Assembly: GCA_040289515.1 (NCBI GenBank)
Contig: PSLI01000003.1
Location: 1-64,000 of the forward strand
DNA length: 64,000 nucleotides
Source of the DNA: Candidatus Sysuimicrobiota bacterium
Lineage (GTDB): Bacteria > Sysuimicrobiota > Sysuimicrobiia > Sysuimicrobiales > Sysuimicrobiaceae
Reading direction: 5' to 3'
The notes beneath the pieces were generated by a model. The model did not search any database. It was not told the origin of the DNA and was given only the letters and a program-made list of their open reading frames with translations. Made by a program: the position numbers and the translations under genes. This document shows, one piece after another, positions 53,540-64,000 of the stretch; the first letter of the stretch is position 1; each line of letters starts with the position of its first letter.

Positions 53540-55273
53540 TTAGTGCTTGGCCGTCGGTACGGTGGAGGGTTCCCACTGCGGGAGGTAGTCCTGCTTCGCT
53601 CCGGGGACGCTGTACTCGTACGGCCCGCGGTACACCTCCGGCACGTCCCCGTGCCAGTTGTGGTGGGGCGGGGGGCTTTCGGTGGACCACTCCAGGGTGG
53701 TAGCCCGCCAGGGGTTGGGCCCCGCGGGCCGGCCGGCGCTCAGGCTGCGCAGCACGTTGTAGGCCAGCACCAGGCCACCCAGAAAAATGAGGAAGGCGCT
53801 CAAGGTGATGAACACCTGCACGGGCTGCAGGTGGCTCAGGTACGGGAACGCCCGGTAATCGTAGATCCGGCGGTGCATCCCCGCCATACCCAGGTAGTAC
53901 ATGGGGAAGAAGGCCCCGTACACCCCCAGCAGGCTCAGCCAGAAGTGGACCCGGCCCAGCCGCTCGTCCAGCATGCGGCCGAACATCTTGGGAAACCAAA
54001 AGTAGATGCCCGCGAAGATGCCGAACACCGCCGCGGTACCCATCACCAGGTGGAAGTGGCCCACCACGTAGTACGTGTCGTGCAGGGGGATGTCCACGGG
54101 CGCGTTGCCCAGGTGGATGCCCGTGAGCCCTCCCGCCACGAACAGGGACAGAAAGCCCAGGGCGAACAGCAGGGCGGTGGAGAAGTACAGCTTGCCCCGC
54201 CACAGGGTCGCCAGCCAGTTGAAGGTCTTCACCGCGGAGGGCACCGCGATGAGGAGGGTGGTGACGGCGAACCCCATCCCCAGCAGGGGGTGCATGCCGC
54301 TTACGAACATGTGGTGGGCCCACACGAGGAAGCTGAGGAGCCCGATGGCCAGCATGGAGGCCACCATGGCGGGGTAGCCGAACACGGGCTTGCGGGCGAA
54401 GTTGGCGATCACGTCCGACACGATCCCCATGGGGGGCAAGATGACGATGTACACCTCAGGGTGGCCGAAGAACCAGAACAGGTGCTGCCACAGGAGGGGG
54501 TTCCCGCCCGTGTGGGAGATCACCTGCCCACCCACCACCAGGCCCCCGGGCACGAAGAAGCTGGTGCCCGCCAGCCGGTCGAACAGGAGCAAGATCCCCG
54601 CCGCCATGAGCACGGGAAAGCTGAGCAGGGCCAGCACCGCGGCCACAAAGATCCCCCACACCGTAAGCGGCATGCGCAGCAGGGACATGCCCCGGGTGCG
54701 CAGCACGAGAATGGTGGTGATGTAATTGAGGGAGCCCAGCAGGCTGGAGATGCAGAAGATGGCGATGGACACCAGCCACAGGGTCTGTCCCAGCCCGCTC
54801 CCGGGTGCCGCCTGGGGCAGCGCGCTCAGGGGCGGGTAGGCGGTCCAGCCCGCGTTGAGGGGCCCACCGGGCACGAAGAAGCTGGCCAGCAGCGGCACGA
54901 TGGACAGGGCGAACACCCAGTAGGACAGCATGTTCACGAAGGGGAAGGCCATGTCCCGGGCGCCGATCTTGAGGGGGACCAGGAAGTTGGCAAATCCGCC
55001 CAGCAGCGCCGGGGTGAGGACGAAGAAAATCATGATGGTCCCGTGCATGCTCACAGCCGCCAGGTACTGGTCCGCCTTCAGCACGCCCGACTGGGGCCAG
55101 GCCAGCTGGACCCGGAACAGCATGGCCAGCGCCCCGCCCACCAGGGCCATGAACAGGGAGGTGAACAGGTACTGCAGCCCGATGACCTTGTGGTCCTGGC
55201 TGAACACGTACCGGGTCCAGAAGCTTTCGGGGCGCGCCTCCGCGTGCACGTGCGCTTCTACCGGTGCAGCCAT
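53540..55273 (-). CDS. ctaD: Cytochrome c oxidase subunit I (A1 type)
   Basis: DHKVIG, HGTIM, WFFGHPEVY, WAHHMF, GHFHLV. Confidence 0.97.
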   Translation of the reverse strand: MAAPVEAHVHAEARPESFWTRYVFSQDHKVIGLQYLFTSLFMALVGGALAMLFRVQLAWPQSGVLKADQYLAAVSMHGTIMIFFVLTPALLGGFANFLVPLKIGARDMAFPFVNMLSYWVFALSIVPLLASFFVPGGPLNAGWTAYPPLSALPQAAPGSGLGQTLWLVSIAIFCISSLLGSLNYITTILVLRTRGMSLLRMPLTVWGIFVAAVLALLSFPVLMAAGILLLFDRLAGTSFFVPGGLVVGGQVISHTGGNPLLWQHLFWFFGHPEVYIVILPPMGIVSDVIANFARKPVFGYPAMVASMLAIGLLSFLVWAHHMFVSGMHPLLGMGFAVTTLLIAVPSAVKTFNWLATLWRGKLYFSTALLFALGFLSLFVAGGLTGIHLGNAPVDIPLHDTYYVVGHFHLVMGTAAVFGIFAGIYFWFPKMFGRMLDERLGRVHFWLSLLGVYGAFFPMYYLGMAGMHRRIYDYRAFPYLSHLQPVQVFITLSAFLIFLGGLVLAYNVLRSLSAGRPAGPNPWRATTLEWSTESPPPHHNWHGDVPEVYRGPYEYSVPGAKQDYLPQWEPSTVPTAKH

Positions 55274-55284
55274 CTTCCGCCCTC

Positions 55285-56109
55285 CTACCGCCGTACCTGC
55301 TGGCGCATCCAGCGGTCGAACTCTTCCTGGGTGACCACCCGCACCTTGCCCGCCATGGTGTAGTGACCCACCCCGCACAACTCCGCGCATGCCAGGTCGA
55401 ACTCCCCCGTCTGGGTGGGGGTAAGCACCAGCTCCGTGGTGGCCCCGGGCAGCAGGTCCTTCTTCAGCCGGAAGGCCGGGACCCAAAAGCTGTGCTGCAC
55501 GTCCCGGGTGCGCAGCAGGATGCGGTTGGGCCGGTTGGCCACCAGGAGGATGGTGGGGCTTACCACGTCGTCGCGGCCCGCGGGATCCTCCGGGTCCACG
55601 TTGAAGGGCTTCGGGATGCGGTTGTCCACCCGGCCCAGGCGGCCGTCCGGACCCGGATACCGAGCAGACCAGGCGAACTGCTCGCCGCGCACCTCCACCA
55701 CGAAGGCGCCGGGGGGAGGTGCCGCGTGCACCCGCGCCCACAGAGCCAGACCTGCTACGCTGAGGGCCACCATCACCACCGCGGGGACGGCCGTGTACGC
55801 GACCTCAAGGGCGGTGTGGTGCGGGAAGTACAGGGCGGATTCCCGACCCCGCGCGCGGTACCGGATGATGAAGTAGCCCAAAAGCAGGTGCACCAGGACG
55901 AAGGCCACGAGGATAATGCCCAGGATCATGTCGAACAGGCGTTGGATACTGGATCCCTCCCGCGTGACCGGGTTTGGAGTCCAGACCCACCGCGCGTACA
56001 GCATCCCGAGGACACCGGCCAGGGAGAACAGCCACACCGCTAGGCCGAGGGCAAGCCCGGACCGCTGCGTTTCCTCCAAGGGACTTGGCGTGTTGGGTGT
56101 CGCTTCCAT
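55285..56109 (-). CDS. ctaC: Cytochrome c oxidase subunit II (CuA, no cytochrome c fusion)
   Basis: DVQHSFW, CAELCGVGHYTM CuA motif. Confidence 0.95.
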   Translation of the reverse strand: MEATPNTPSPLEETQRSGLALGLAVWLFSLAGVLGMLYARWVWTPNPVTREGSSIQRLFDMILGIILVAFVLVHLLLGYFIIRYRARGRESALYFPHHTALEVAYTAVPAVVMVALSVAGLALWARVHAAPPPGAFVVEVRGEQFAWSARYPGPDGRLGRVDNRIPKPFNVDPEDPAGRDDVVSPTILLVANRPNRILLRTRDVQHSFWVPAFRLKKDLLPGATTELVLTPTQTGEFDLACAELCGVGHYTMAGKVRVVTQEEFDRWMRQQVRR

Positions 56110-56268
56110 TCCGACCTCCCGCCGTACCGTTCGCGCACGCCAGGGGAAAACCCTTCCGGCCAAACAATGCCAAGCAATAAGGAAGGGCGCCACGCGCCCT
56201 CCCCTCCGTCGCTCGCTTCAGCCCCCGCCAGAAGTATAGACTTCTCCGGTACCGCGGGCCAACCCCAT

Positions 56269-56297
56269 TTGACACACCGGGCGGGATTGTCTATCCT
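56269..56297 (+). promoter_or_regulatory. sigma70 promoter of the L7Ae-rpsL-rpsG-fusA-tuf operon
   Basis: TTGACA-17 bp-TATCCT. Confidence 0.75.
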
Positions 56298-56343
56298 CTG
56301 GAAGGTTGCCTGGAGCTTCGATGAGGGGCTATTGCCCCGAGGG

Positions 56344-56607
56344 ATGCCGGTGACCGATCTAGAGGCCCTGGGCCGCGCGCAGGCGCGCGCGGTGGGAGCG
56401 AACCAGACCGCCAAGGCCATCCGGAAGGGGAGGGCCGAGGTGGTGTTCGTGGCCCGCGACGCGGACCGGCGGGTGGTGGAGCCGGTGTTGCGGGCCGCGC
56501 AGGAAATGGGCGTGCCGGTGGTGGAGGTCGCCTCCGGCAGGGAACTGGGTCGGGTATGCGGGATCGCCGTGGGGGCTTCCGCCGCGGCGATCCTCAGACG
56601 CGAGTAG
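56344..56607 (+). CDS. L7Ae-family RNA-binding protein (YbxF-like)
   Basis: VGANQTAKAI, VARDAD, LGRVCGIAVGASAAA; upstream of rpsL. Confidence 0.92.
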   Translation: MPVTDLEALGRAQARAVGANQTAKAIRKGRAEVVFVARDADRRVVEPVLRAAQEMGVPVVEVASGRELGRVCGIAVGASAAAILRRE

Positions 56608-56843
56608 CCGCAGCGAGGGGCCAGCGGGCCCTGCCTTCTGCACTTCGCGGAGGGCTGCAGCGCTGCGCCGTAGGGACGGGCAGGGTCATGAGCCCCGGTG
56701 CCGGCCGGTGGCTCCGCTGACGCAGGTGGCCCGGTCCCGGAGGGCGCGCGGGTATCCGGCACGAGGTTCAGGTGGCGCGTGCGCGCGGGGCGTCGGGCCC
56801 CGGTGGGGTATGGAGCCTTTGGGAATCGGGAGGGAGAGATTTC

Positions 56844-57218
56844 ATGCCGACCATCAACCAGCTGGTGCGACGGGGTCGTGAGCCCCTGAAGTACAAGAGC
56901 AAGTCGCCGGCGCTGCAGGGGAACCCCTTCCAGCGCGGCGTGTGCATCCAGGTGAAGACCATGACACCCAAGAAGCCCAACTCCGCCCTGCGGAAGATCG
57001 CCCGGGTGCGGCTGACCAACGGGATCGAGGTCACCGCCTACATCCCGGGGATCGGGCACAACCTGCAGGAGCACTCGGTGGTGCTGGTCCGGGGGGGACG
57101 GGTGAAGGACCTGCCCGGGATCCGGTACCACATCGTGCGGGGTGCCCTGGACGCGGCCGGGGTGGCCAACCGGCGCCAGGGCCGCAGCAAGTACGGGGCC
57201 AAGCGGCCCAAGCAGTAA
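56844..57218 (+). CDS. rpsL: 30S ribosomal protein S12
   Basis: [26 protein letters not shown]. Confidence 0.99.
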   Translation: MPTINQLVRRGREPLKYKSKSPALQGNPFQRGVCIQVKTMTPKKPNSALRKIARVRLTNGIEVTAYIPGIGHNLQEHSVVLVRGGRVKDLPGIRYHIVRGALDAAGVANRRQGRSKYGAKRPKQ

Positions 57219-57230
57219 GGGGGGACGCGC

Positions 57231-57701
57231 ATGCCACGCAAGGGACCGGTTCCGCCGCGGGTCGTCCCGCCCGACGTGGTGTATGGCAGCGTGATGGTCC
57301 AGCGGCTCATCAACAAGGTGATGACGCGGGGCAAGAAGACCCTCGCAGAGCGCATCGTGTACACGGCCCTGCGGAACGTGGAGCAGCGCACCGGACAGAA
57401 CCCGGCGCAGGTGCTGGACAAGGCCCTGCAGAACGTCATGCCGCTGCTGGAGGTGAAGCCGCGGCGGGTGGGCGGGGCCAACTACCAGGTTCCCGTGGAG
57501 GTGCGCCCGGAGCGGCGGGTGTCCTTGGGCATCCGGTGGCTGGTGGAGTACGCCCGCCAGCGGCCGGAACGGGGCATGGTGGAGAAGCTCACCCGGGAAA
57601 TCCTGGACGCCTCGCAGGGCCAAGGCGGGGCTGTGAAGCGGAAGGAGGAGGTGCACCGCATGGCGGAGGCCAACAAGGCCTTCGCCCACTACCGCTGGTA
57701 G
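57231..57701 (+). CDS. rpsG: 30S ribosomal protein S7
   Basis: [24 protein letters not shown]. Confidence 0.99.
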   Translation: MPRKGPVPPRVVPPDVVYGSVMVQRLINKVMTRGKKTLAERIVYTALRNVEQRTGQNPAQVLDKALQNVMPLLEVKPRRVGGANYQVPVEVRPERRVSLGIRWLVEYARQRPERGMVEKLTREILDASQGQGGAVKRKEEVHRMAEANKAFAHYRW

Positions 57702-57722
57702 TGCGGTGCCGGGAGGTCGGGA

Positions 57723-59810
57723 TTGGCCGTGAAGGTACCGCTGGAGCGGATCCGCAACATCGGAATCGTCGCCCACATCGACGCGGGCAAGACCACCACC
57801 ACGGAGCGCATCCTCTTCTACACGGGGCGGGTGCACCGGCTGGGAGAGGTGGACGAGGGTTCCGCCACCATGGACTGGATGGTTCAGGAGCGGGAACGGG
57901 GGATTACCATCACCTCTGCGGCCACCACCTGCTTCTGGCGCGACCACCGCATCAACATCATCGACACGCCGGGGCACGTGGACTTCACCATTGAGGTGGA
58001 GCGGTCCCTGCGGGTGCTGGACGGGGCCGTGGTTCTCCTCAGCGCGGTGGAAGGGGTCCAGCCCCAATCGGAGACGGTGTGGCGGCAGGCGGACCGCTAC
58101 CGGGTGCCGCGGATCGTGTACGTGAACAAGATGGACCGGGTGGGCGCGGACTTTCTGCGGGTGGTGGAAATGGTGCGGGAGCGTCTGGATGCCCCCGCGG
58201 TCCCCGTGCAGCTGCCCGTGGGTGCGCAGGAGTCCTTCCAGGGCGTGGTGGACCTGGTGCGCAGGAAGTCCATCCTGTACCTGGACGACCTGGGGACGCG
58301 ATCCAGCGAGACGGCCATTCCCCCCGAGATGCAGGAGCTGGTGCAGACGTACCGGGAGCGGCTGGTGGAGGCGGCCGCGGACTGCGACGACGCGGTCATG
58401 CTGCGTTACCTGGAGGGGCAGCCGATCCCGGAAGCGGACCTGAAGCGGGCCATCCGGGCGGGCACCCTGTCCGGCAGGCTGGTGCCCGTGCTGGCCGGAT
58501 CCTCCTTCCGCAACAAGGGGGTCCAGCCGCTGTTGGACGCCGTGGTCGACTACCTGCCTTCCCCCCTGGACGTGGGGGCCGTGCGCGGCACGAACCCCCG
58601 TACGGGGGAAGTGGAGGAACGTCCCGTGGACGAGCAGGCGCCCTTCTGCGCCCTGGCCTTCAAGATCATGACCGACCCCTACGTGGGCAAGCTCACGTAC
58701 TTCCGGGTGTACTCGGGCACCCTGCGGGCGGGCTCGTACGTGTACAACGCCAGCCGGGGCGTGCGGGAGCGCGTGAGCCGCATCCTCCTCATGCACGCCA
58801 ACCACCGGGAGGACATCCCGGAGGCCAGCGCGGGCAACGTGGTGGCGGCGGTGGGGCTTCGGGAGACCACCACGGGGGACACCCTGTGCGAGGAGTCCGC
58901 CCCGATCGTTCTAGAGCCCATCCAGTTCCCGGAACCCGTCATCTCCGTGGCGGTGGAGCCCAAGACCGAGGCGGACTCCGACAAGCTGTCCGCGGCCCTG
59001 GCCAAGCTGGCGGAGGAGGATCCCTCCTTCCGGGTGCGGTTCGACCCGGAGACCGGGCAGACCCTGATCTCGGGCATGGGGGAGCTGCACCTGGAGATCA
59101 TCACCGACCGGCTGGTGCGGGAGTTCAAGGTGGAGGCCCACGTGGGCCGGCCTCAGGTGGCGTACAAGGAGACCATCCGCCAGCCTGCCCGGGGAGAGGG
59201 ACGCTTCATCCGGCAGACGGGGGGGCGGGGTCAGTACGGTCACGCCGCGGTGGAGATCGAGCCGCTGCCGCGGGGCAGGGGGTTCGAGTTCGTGGACCGC
59301 ATCAGCGGGGGAGTGATCCCCAAGGAGTTCATCAAGCCGGTGGAGGAGGGGATCCGGGAGGCCATGGAGTCAGGGGTCCTGGCGGGGTATCCCGTGGTGG
59401 ACGTCCGGGTAACCCTGGTGGACGGCTCCTACCACGAGGTGGACTCCTCGGAGCTGGCCTTCAAGATCGCGGGGTCCCTGGCCTTCAAGGACGCGGCCCA
59501 GAAGGCCAAGCCGGTCCTCCTGGAGCCCGTGATGAAGGTGGAGGTGACCACGCCCGAGGCGTACATGGGGGATGTCCTGGCGGACCTGAATGCCCGTCGG
59601 GGCCGCATCCAGGCTATGGAGCAGCGGCAGGGCCTGCGGGTCATCACGGCCCTTGTGCCCCTGGCGGAGATGTTCGGGTACGCCACGGAGCTGCGGTCCC
59701 GCACCCAGGGCCGGGCGGTGTACACCATGGAGTTTTCCCACTACGAGGAGGTCCCCGCAGCCGTGGCGGAGGAGGTCCTCCAGGGCGGACTGGCGGGGGC
59801 CCGCAGGTGA
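57723..59810 (+). CDS. fusA: Elongation factor G
   Basis: [31 protein letters not shown]. Confidence 0.99.
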   Translation: MAVKVPLERIRNIGIVAHIDAGKTTTTERILFYTGRVHRLGEVDEGSATMDWMVQERERGITITSAATTCFWRDHRINIIDTPGHVDFTIEVERSLRVLDGAVVLLSAVEGVQPQSETVWRQADRYRVPRIVYVNKMDRVGADFLRVVEMVRERLDAPAVPVQLPVGAQESFQGVVDLVRRKSILYLDDLGTRSSETAIPPEMQELVQTYRERLVEAAADCDDAVMLRYLEGQPIPEADLKRAIRAGTLSGRLVPVLAGSSFRNKGVQPLLDAVVDYLPSPLDVGAVRGTNPRTGEVEERPVDEQAPFCALAFKIMTDPYVGKLTYFRVYSGTLRAGSYVYNASRGVRERVSRILLMHANHREDIPEASAGNVVAAVGLRETTTGDTLCEESAPIVLEPIQFPEPVISVAVEPKTEADSDKLSAALAKLAEEDPSFRVRFDPETGQTLISGMGELHLEIITDRLVREFKVEAHVGRPQVAYKETIRQPARGEGRFIRQTGGRGQYGHAAVEIEPLPRGRGFEFVDRISGGVIPKEFIKPVEEGIREAMESGVLAGYPVVDVRVTLVDGSYHEVDSSELAFKIAGSLAFKDAAQKAKPVLLEPVMKVEVTTPEAYMGDVLADLNARRGRIQAMEQRQGLRVITALVPLAEMFGYATELRSRTQGRAVYTMEFSHYEEVPAAVAEEVLQGGLAGARR

Positions 59811-59840
59811 CGCAATCCATGTGCGGAGGGGGCGAGGAAC

Positions 59841-61058
<1,218 letters not shown>

Positions 61059-61074
61059 GGGAGGGACCTCCGGG

Positions 61075-61227
61075 ATGGCCCGTGACATCATCACCCTGGC
61101 GTGCACGGTGTGCAAACGCCGGAACTACGTAACCACCAAGAACAAGAAGAACACCCCGGACCGGCTGGAGCTGTCGAAGTACTGCAAGTGGTGCCGCAGG
61201 CACACGCCGCACCGGGAGACGAGGTGA
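61075..61227 (+). CDS. rpmG: 50S ribosomal protein L33 (zinc-binding C+ form); not in the ORF track
   Basis: [50 protein letters not shown]. Confidence 0.96.
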   Translation: MARDIITLACTVCKRRNYVTTKNKKNTPDRLELSKYCKWCRRHTPHRETR

Positions 61228-61234
61228 GGGGGCG

Positions 61235-61408
61235 ATGCGGGAACGCGACCGGGAACTGAGGCGCCGACGCCACCGCCGGGAGAAGATCCGTAAACTGTTG
61301 CGCCGCATCCAGGCGGCGCAGACCCGGGAGGAGAAGGAGCGGCTGGTGCAGAAGGCCATCCGCATCGCCCCGTGGAGGTACGCGGAGTTCCAGAAGTACC
61401 TCGCCTGA
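61235..61408 (+). CDS. Small, very basic 57-aa protein (DUF6800-like); not in the ORF track
   Basis: RBS GAGGGGG; MRERDRELRRRRHRREKIRKLLRRIQAAQTREEKERLVQKAIRIAPWRYAEFQKYLA. Confidence 0.75.
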   Translation: MRERDRELRRRRHRREKIRKLLRRIQAAQTREEKERLVQKAIRIAPWRYAEFQKYLA

Positions 61409-61424
61409 TCCGGCCCGGCCGCCT

Positions 61425-62621
61425 GTGACGCGACCCCCGCCCGGTACGGCCTCCGGCCGGGCCCCCACCGAGCTGCAGGTCCTGTTGGGGTTCCTGGTGA
61501 GTCTCGGAGCCTTCGGGGTGGATGCCATGCTGCCTGCCCTGTCCAGCATGGCGGCCGACTTCCGCGTGACCGAGACACAGGCCCAGCTGGTGGTGGGCGC
61601 CTACCTGCTGGGTTTTGCCTGGGGGCAGCTCCTGTTCGGACCCGCAAGCGACGCTTGGGGGCGCCGGCGGGTGCTGCTCACCGGTCTCCTGGTCTTCTGG
61701 GCCTCCAGCGCCACCATCCCCTTCATCCGGGACTTCGGGGCGCTGGTGGTCGCGCGGGCGCTGCAGGGGGTGTTCGCCTCCAGTCTGCGGACGGTGGGTA
61801 CCGCATGGGTACGGGATCGGTACCGGGCAGAGGCCATGGCCCGGGTCATGGCCCTGGTGCAGAGCGTGTTCGTGGTGGCACCCGTTCTAGCCCCGTGGGT
61901 GGGGGCGTACCTGGTGCGGCTGGGCTGGTCGGCGGTGTTCGCCTTCCTGGCCGCGGTGGGCTGCGTGCTGTGGGGGTGGGCCCTGGTGCGGATGGACGAG
62001 ACCCTGCCGCCCTCCGCACGCAGGCCCCTTGCCTGGCGGCCCCTCTGGGAGGCCGTGATCCTCGTGCTGCGGACCCGGGAGAGCCTCCTGGGCGCGGCGC
62101 TGCTTTCGGCCACCTACGGCATGCTGTACGCGTACCTGGTCTCGGCTCCCCAGCTGTACAAGACGCACCTCGGGCTGTCCAACGAGGCTTTCGCCCTGGC
62201 CTTCGCGGGTACCGCGGTTTTCCAGCTGCTGGCCATGCTGGCGACCCGGGTGTGGGTGGTCCGGCTGGGAGTCCGGGGTTTGGTGCGGGCTGCGGCCGGG
62301 TACCTGTGCGCGCTGACCCTGCTGCTACCTCTGCACGCCGTGTTTTTGCCGTCCGTGGCGGGCTTCTGGTTGCACGTGAGCCTGGTTTTCTTCGGGATCA
62401 CCCTCACGTTTCCCAACGCCACGAGCCTCGCGCTGGACCAGTTGGGTAGGGTGGCGGGCTTCGCCAGCAGCGCCGTGGGCTTCACCGGCACGTTCCTGGC
62501 GGGTCTGGTGGGGAACGTCCTGGGCCAGTGGTCCGCTGGCGACCCGCTGCGTTTTTCCCTGGGCTGGCTGGTCCTGGGGGTGGCTGCGTGGGCGATCAGC
62601 CGCGGTGTGAGCGCCCCGTAG
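61425..62621 (+). CDS. Bcr/CflA family MFS multidrug efflux transporter
   Basis: DAMLPAL, GPASDAWGRRRV motif A, APVLAPWVG. Confidence 0.9.
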   Translation: MTRPPPGTASGRAPTELQVLLGFLVSLGAFGVDAMLPALSSMAADFRVTETQAQLVVGAYLLGFAWGQLLFGPASDAWGRRRVLLTGLLVFWASSATIPFIRDFGALVVARALQGVFASSLRTVGTAWVRDRYRAEAMARVMALVQSVFVVAPVLAPWVGAYLVRLGWSAVFAFLAAVGCVLWGWALVRMDETLPPSARRPLAWRPLWEAVILVLRTRESLLGAALLSATYGMLYAYLVSAPQLYKTHLGLSNEAFALAFAGTAVFQLLAMLATRVWVVRLGVRGLVRAAAGYLCALTLLLPLHAVFLPSVAGFWLHVSLVFFGITLTFPNATSLALDQLGRVAGFASSAVGFTGTFLAGLVGNVLGQWSAGDPLRFSLGWLVLGVAAWAISRGVSAP

Positions 62622-62629
62622 CACCCTGC

Positions 62630-62706
62630 TGGCAGGGGCGCGGGGATTCGAACCCCGAACCTCCGGTTTTGGAGACCGGCGCTCTGGCCGTTCGAGCTAC
62701 GCCCCT
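62630..62706 (-). tRNA. trnW: tRNA-Trp(CCA)
   Basis: Reverse complement AGGGGCGTAGCTCGAACGGCCAGAGCGCCGGTCTCCAAAACCGGAGGTTCGGGGTTCGAATCCCCGCGCCCCTGCCA; cloverleaf, anticodon CCA, encoded 3' CCA. Confidence 0.96.
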
Positions 62707-62843
62707 CCGCCCCCTAATCCTACGGTGGTCGCGTCCTCCGCGCAACACTCCCCCACCTGAGGGCAGGGGCAGGGTCGCTGCGCCGGCGTCCGCCGAGGTG
62801 AACGGGAAGCTGGGGATGGGCCAGACGATGGCGCCCGGCCGGG

Positions 62844-63587
62844 TTACGTCTTGATGAGCGTCTGGAAGACCACCATGGCCAGGCTCGTGAGGGTGACGGC
62901 GGTGGCCACCGCGCCGTGGGAGGCATCCTTCAGAGCATCGGGAATAAGCTCGGAGAACACCATCCAGATCATCGCCCCCGCCGCGAAACCCAATCCGGTG
63001 GGCAGGTGGGCGCGGAAGGTCTCCACGAAAAGGTACGCAGCGGGTGCCATGAGGGGCTGCGGGAGGCTGCTGAACACGCTCCACCCCGCAGCCACCCACA
63101 CCGGCACGCCCCGCGGCACCAGCACAAGGCTGATGGCCAGCCCTTCTGGAATGTTGTGGACCGCGATGGCCAGGGTGATGAAGGTACCCAGGCTCTGGCC
63201 CCCTCCGAAGGAGACACCGACTCCGACCCCTTCCGTGAAGGAGTGCAGGGTCATGATGCCGACCACAAGAAACGCCTTCCGGGCGTCCAGGCCGTGGAGG
63301 TTCCCCAGGGTGAGGTTGCGGTACCGATGCAGGACCCGGGAGCTCCAGGTGATGAAGGCTAGCCCGAGCAGCGCTCCAAAGGTCAGGCGGGCCAGGCTGT
63401 AGCCGATCCCCTCGTACACCAAGCCGAAGCTGGCGGCCAGCATCAGGCCAGCGGCGGTGGCGTTCATGGTGCCGAGCCAGCTCCTGGGCACGCTGCGGGC
63501 TGCAAGGAAGGGAATCGCGCCAAGACCGGTGCACAGGGCCGTGCCCGCGGCGTACAAAAAGACCGTGAGAATAGAGCTGTGGGCCAT
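62844..63587 (-). CDS. ZIP family metal transporter (ZupT/GufA-like)
   Basis: MTLHSFTEGVGVG, AIAVHNIPEGLA, ELIPD. Confidence 0.93.
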   Translation of the reverse strand: MAHSSILTVFLYAAGTALCTGLGAIPFLAARSVPRSWLGTMNATAAGLMLAASFGLVYEGIGYSLARLTFGALLGLAFITWSSRVLHRYRNLTLGNLHGLDARKAFLVVGIMTLHSFTEGVGVGVSFGGGQSLGTFITLAIAVHNIPEGLAISLVLVPRGVPVWVAAGWSVFSSLPQPLMAPAAYLFVETFRAHLPTGLGFAAGAMIWMVFSELIPDALKDASHGAVATAVTLTSLAMVVFQTLIKT

Positions 63588-63756
63588 TGGCGTCGGCCGC
63601 TCGGGCCCAGGGTAGCCGGTAGCCCCCGTTTTCGTCGATGGGGAAACCCGGCCGTTAGGACTCCCGTCCTTTCCTCCGTCGGCAACCCTACGCGCGTTCC
63701 GGTTCCCTCTTAGGCTGAGCGGCTTTGGTTGGACCCCATCCGGGAACCGTAGCTGG

Positions 63757-64000
63757 CTAGCGTCGGAGCAGGTTGCGAAGCACGAACCCCACGTTCGCGG
63801 GCCGCTCTGCCAGGCGCCGCATGAAGTACCGATACCAGTCGGGCCCGAAGGGAGTGGCCACCAGCACCCGGTAACCGCGAGCCAGCAGGTCGGCCTGCAG
63901 GCCCGGGCGCACGCCGTACAGCATCTGGAACTGAAAGGCCTGCGGCGGAATCCCATGTCGGCGCGTAAACCGCATGGCGTGCGCGTGCAGACGCTCGTCG
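63757..64000 (-). CDS. Proline dehydrogenase, C-terminal part (5' end lies outside the window)
   Basis: FQMLYGVR, PFGPDWYRYFMRRLAERPAN. Confidence 0.92.
   Translation of the reverse strand, partial: DERLHAHAMRFTRRHGIPPQAFQFQMLYGVRPGLQADLLARGYRVLVATPFGPDWYRYFMRRLAERPANVGFVLRNLLRR

Noticed and set aside
56608..56843. Long GC-rich L7Ae-rpsL spacer as a novel RNA
   Set aside because: Only short hairpins expected at this GC content; no supportable motif

Overview
A 64-kb window from a very GC-rich, probably thermophilic Terrabacteria-type bacterium. The gene order is Firmicutes-like; an Armatimonadota/CSP1-3-like lineage is my inference, not established. Core blocks: (i) a sugar ABC transporter with a GH125-like glycosidase, mnmA, ytxH, CCA enzyme, an orphan ParA with a small partner, and PPi-PFK; (ii) rimP-nusA-ylxR-infB-ylxP-rbfA-nrnA-truB-ribF-rpsO-pnp-M16 peptidase-dapB-asd; (iii) secE-nusG-rplKA-rplJL-rpoBC, then an inserted inverted cytochrome oxidase operon, then L7Ae-rpsL-rpsG-fusA-tuf-rpmG, an MFS transporter, tRNA-Trp, a ZIP transporter and a partial proline dehydrogenase. 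An accessory stretch (about 25.7-40.4 kb) holds an orphan zinc anti-sigma-like protein, an XRE regulator, an unannotated ~80-nt structured RNA with its own consensus promoter and U-tract, and a sigma54-driven type IV pilin followed by three GT-C glycosyltransferases. It also holds a decayed Phd antitoxin, a glycerophosphodiester-type ABC/GDPD locus with pseudogenes, and an IS3 remnant. The most notable items are the sRNA/XRE/pilin-glycosylation module, a ParA partner with a ParB-like N-terminal peptide plus a Cys-rich domain, a RibF whose kinase domain is replaced by a NUDIX-like domain, an SH3/KOW-like insertion in oxidase subunit III, and a circularly permuted tuf-rpmG/secE order. No CRISPR array or rRNA was seen. 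All calls come from reading the sequence; no searches were run.
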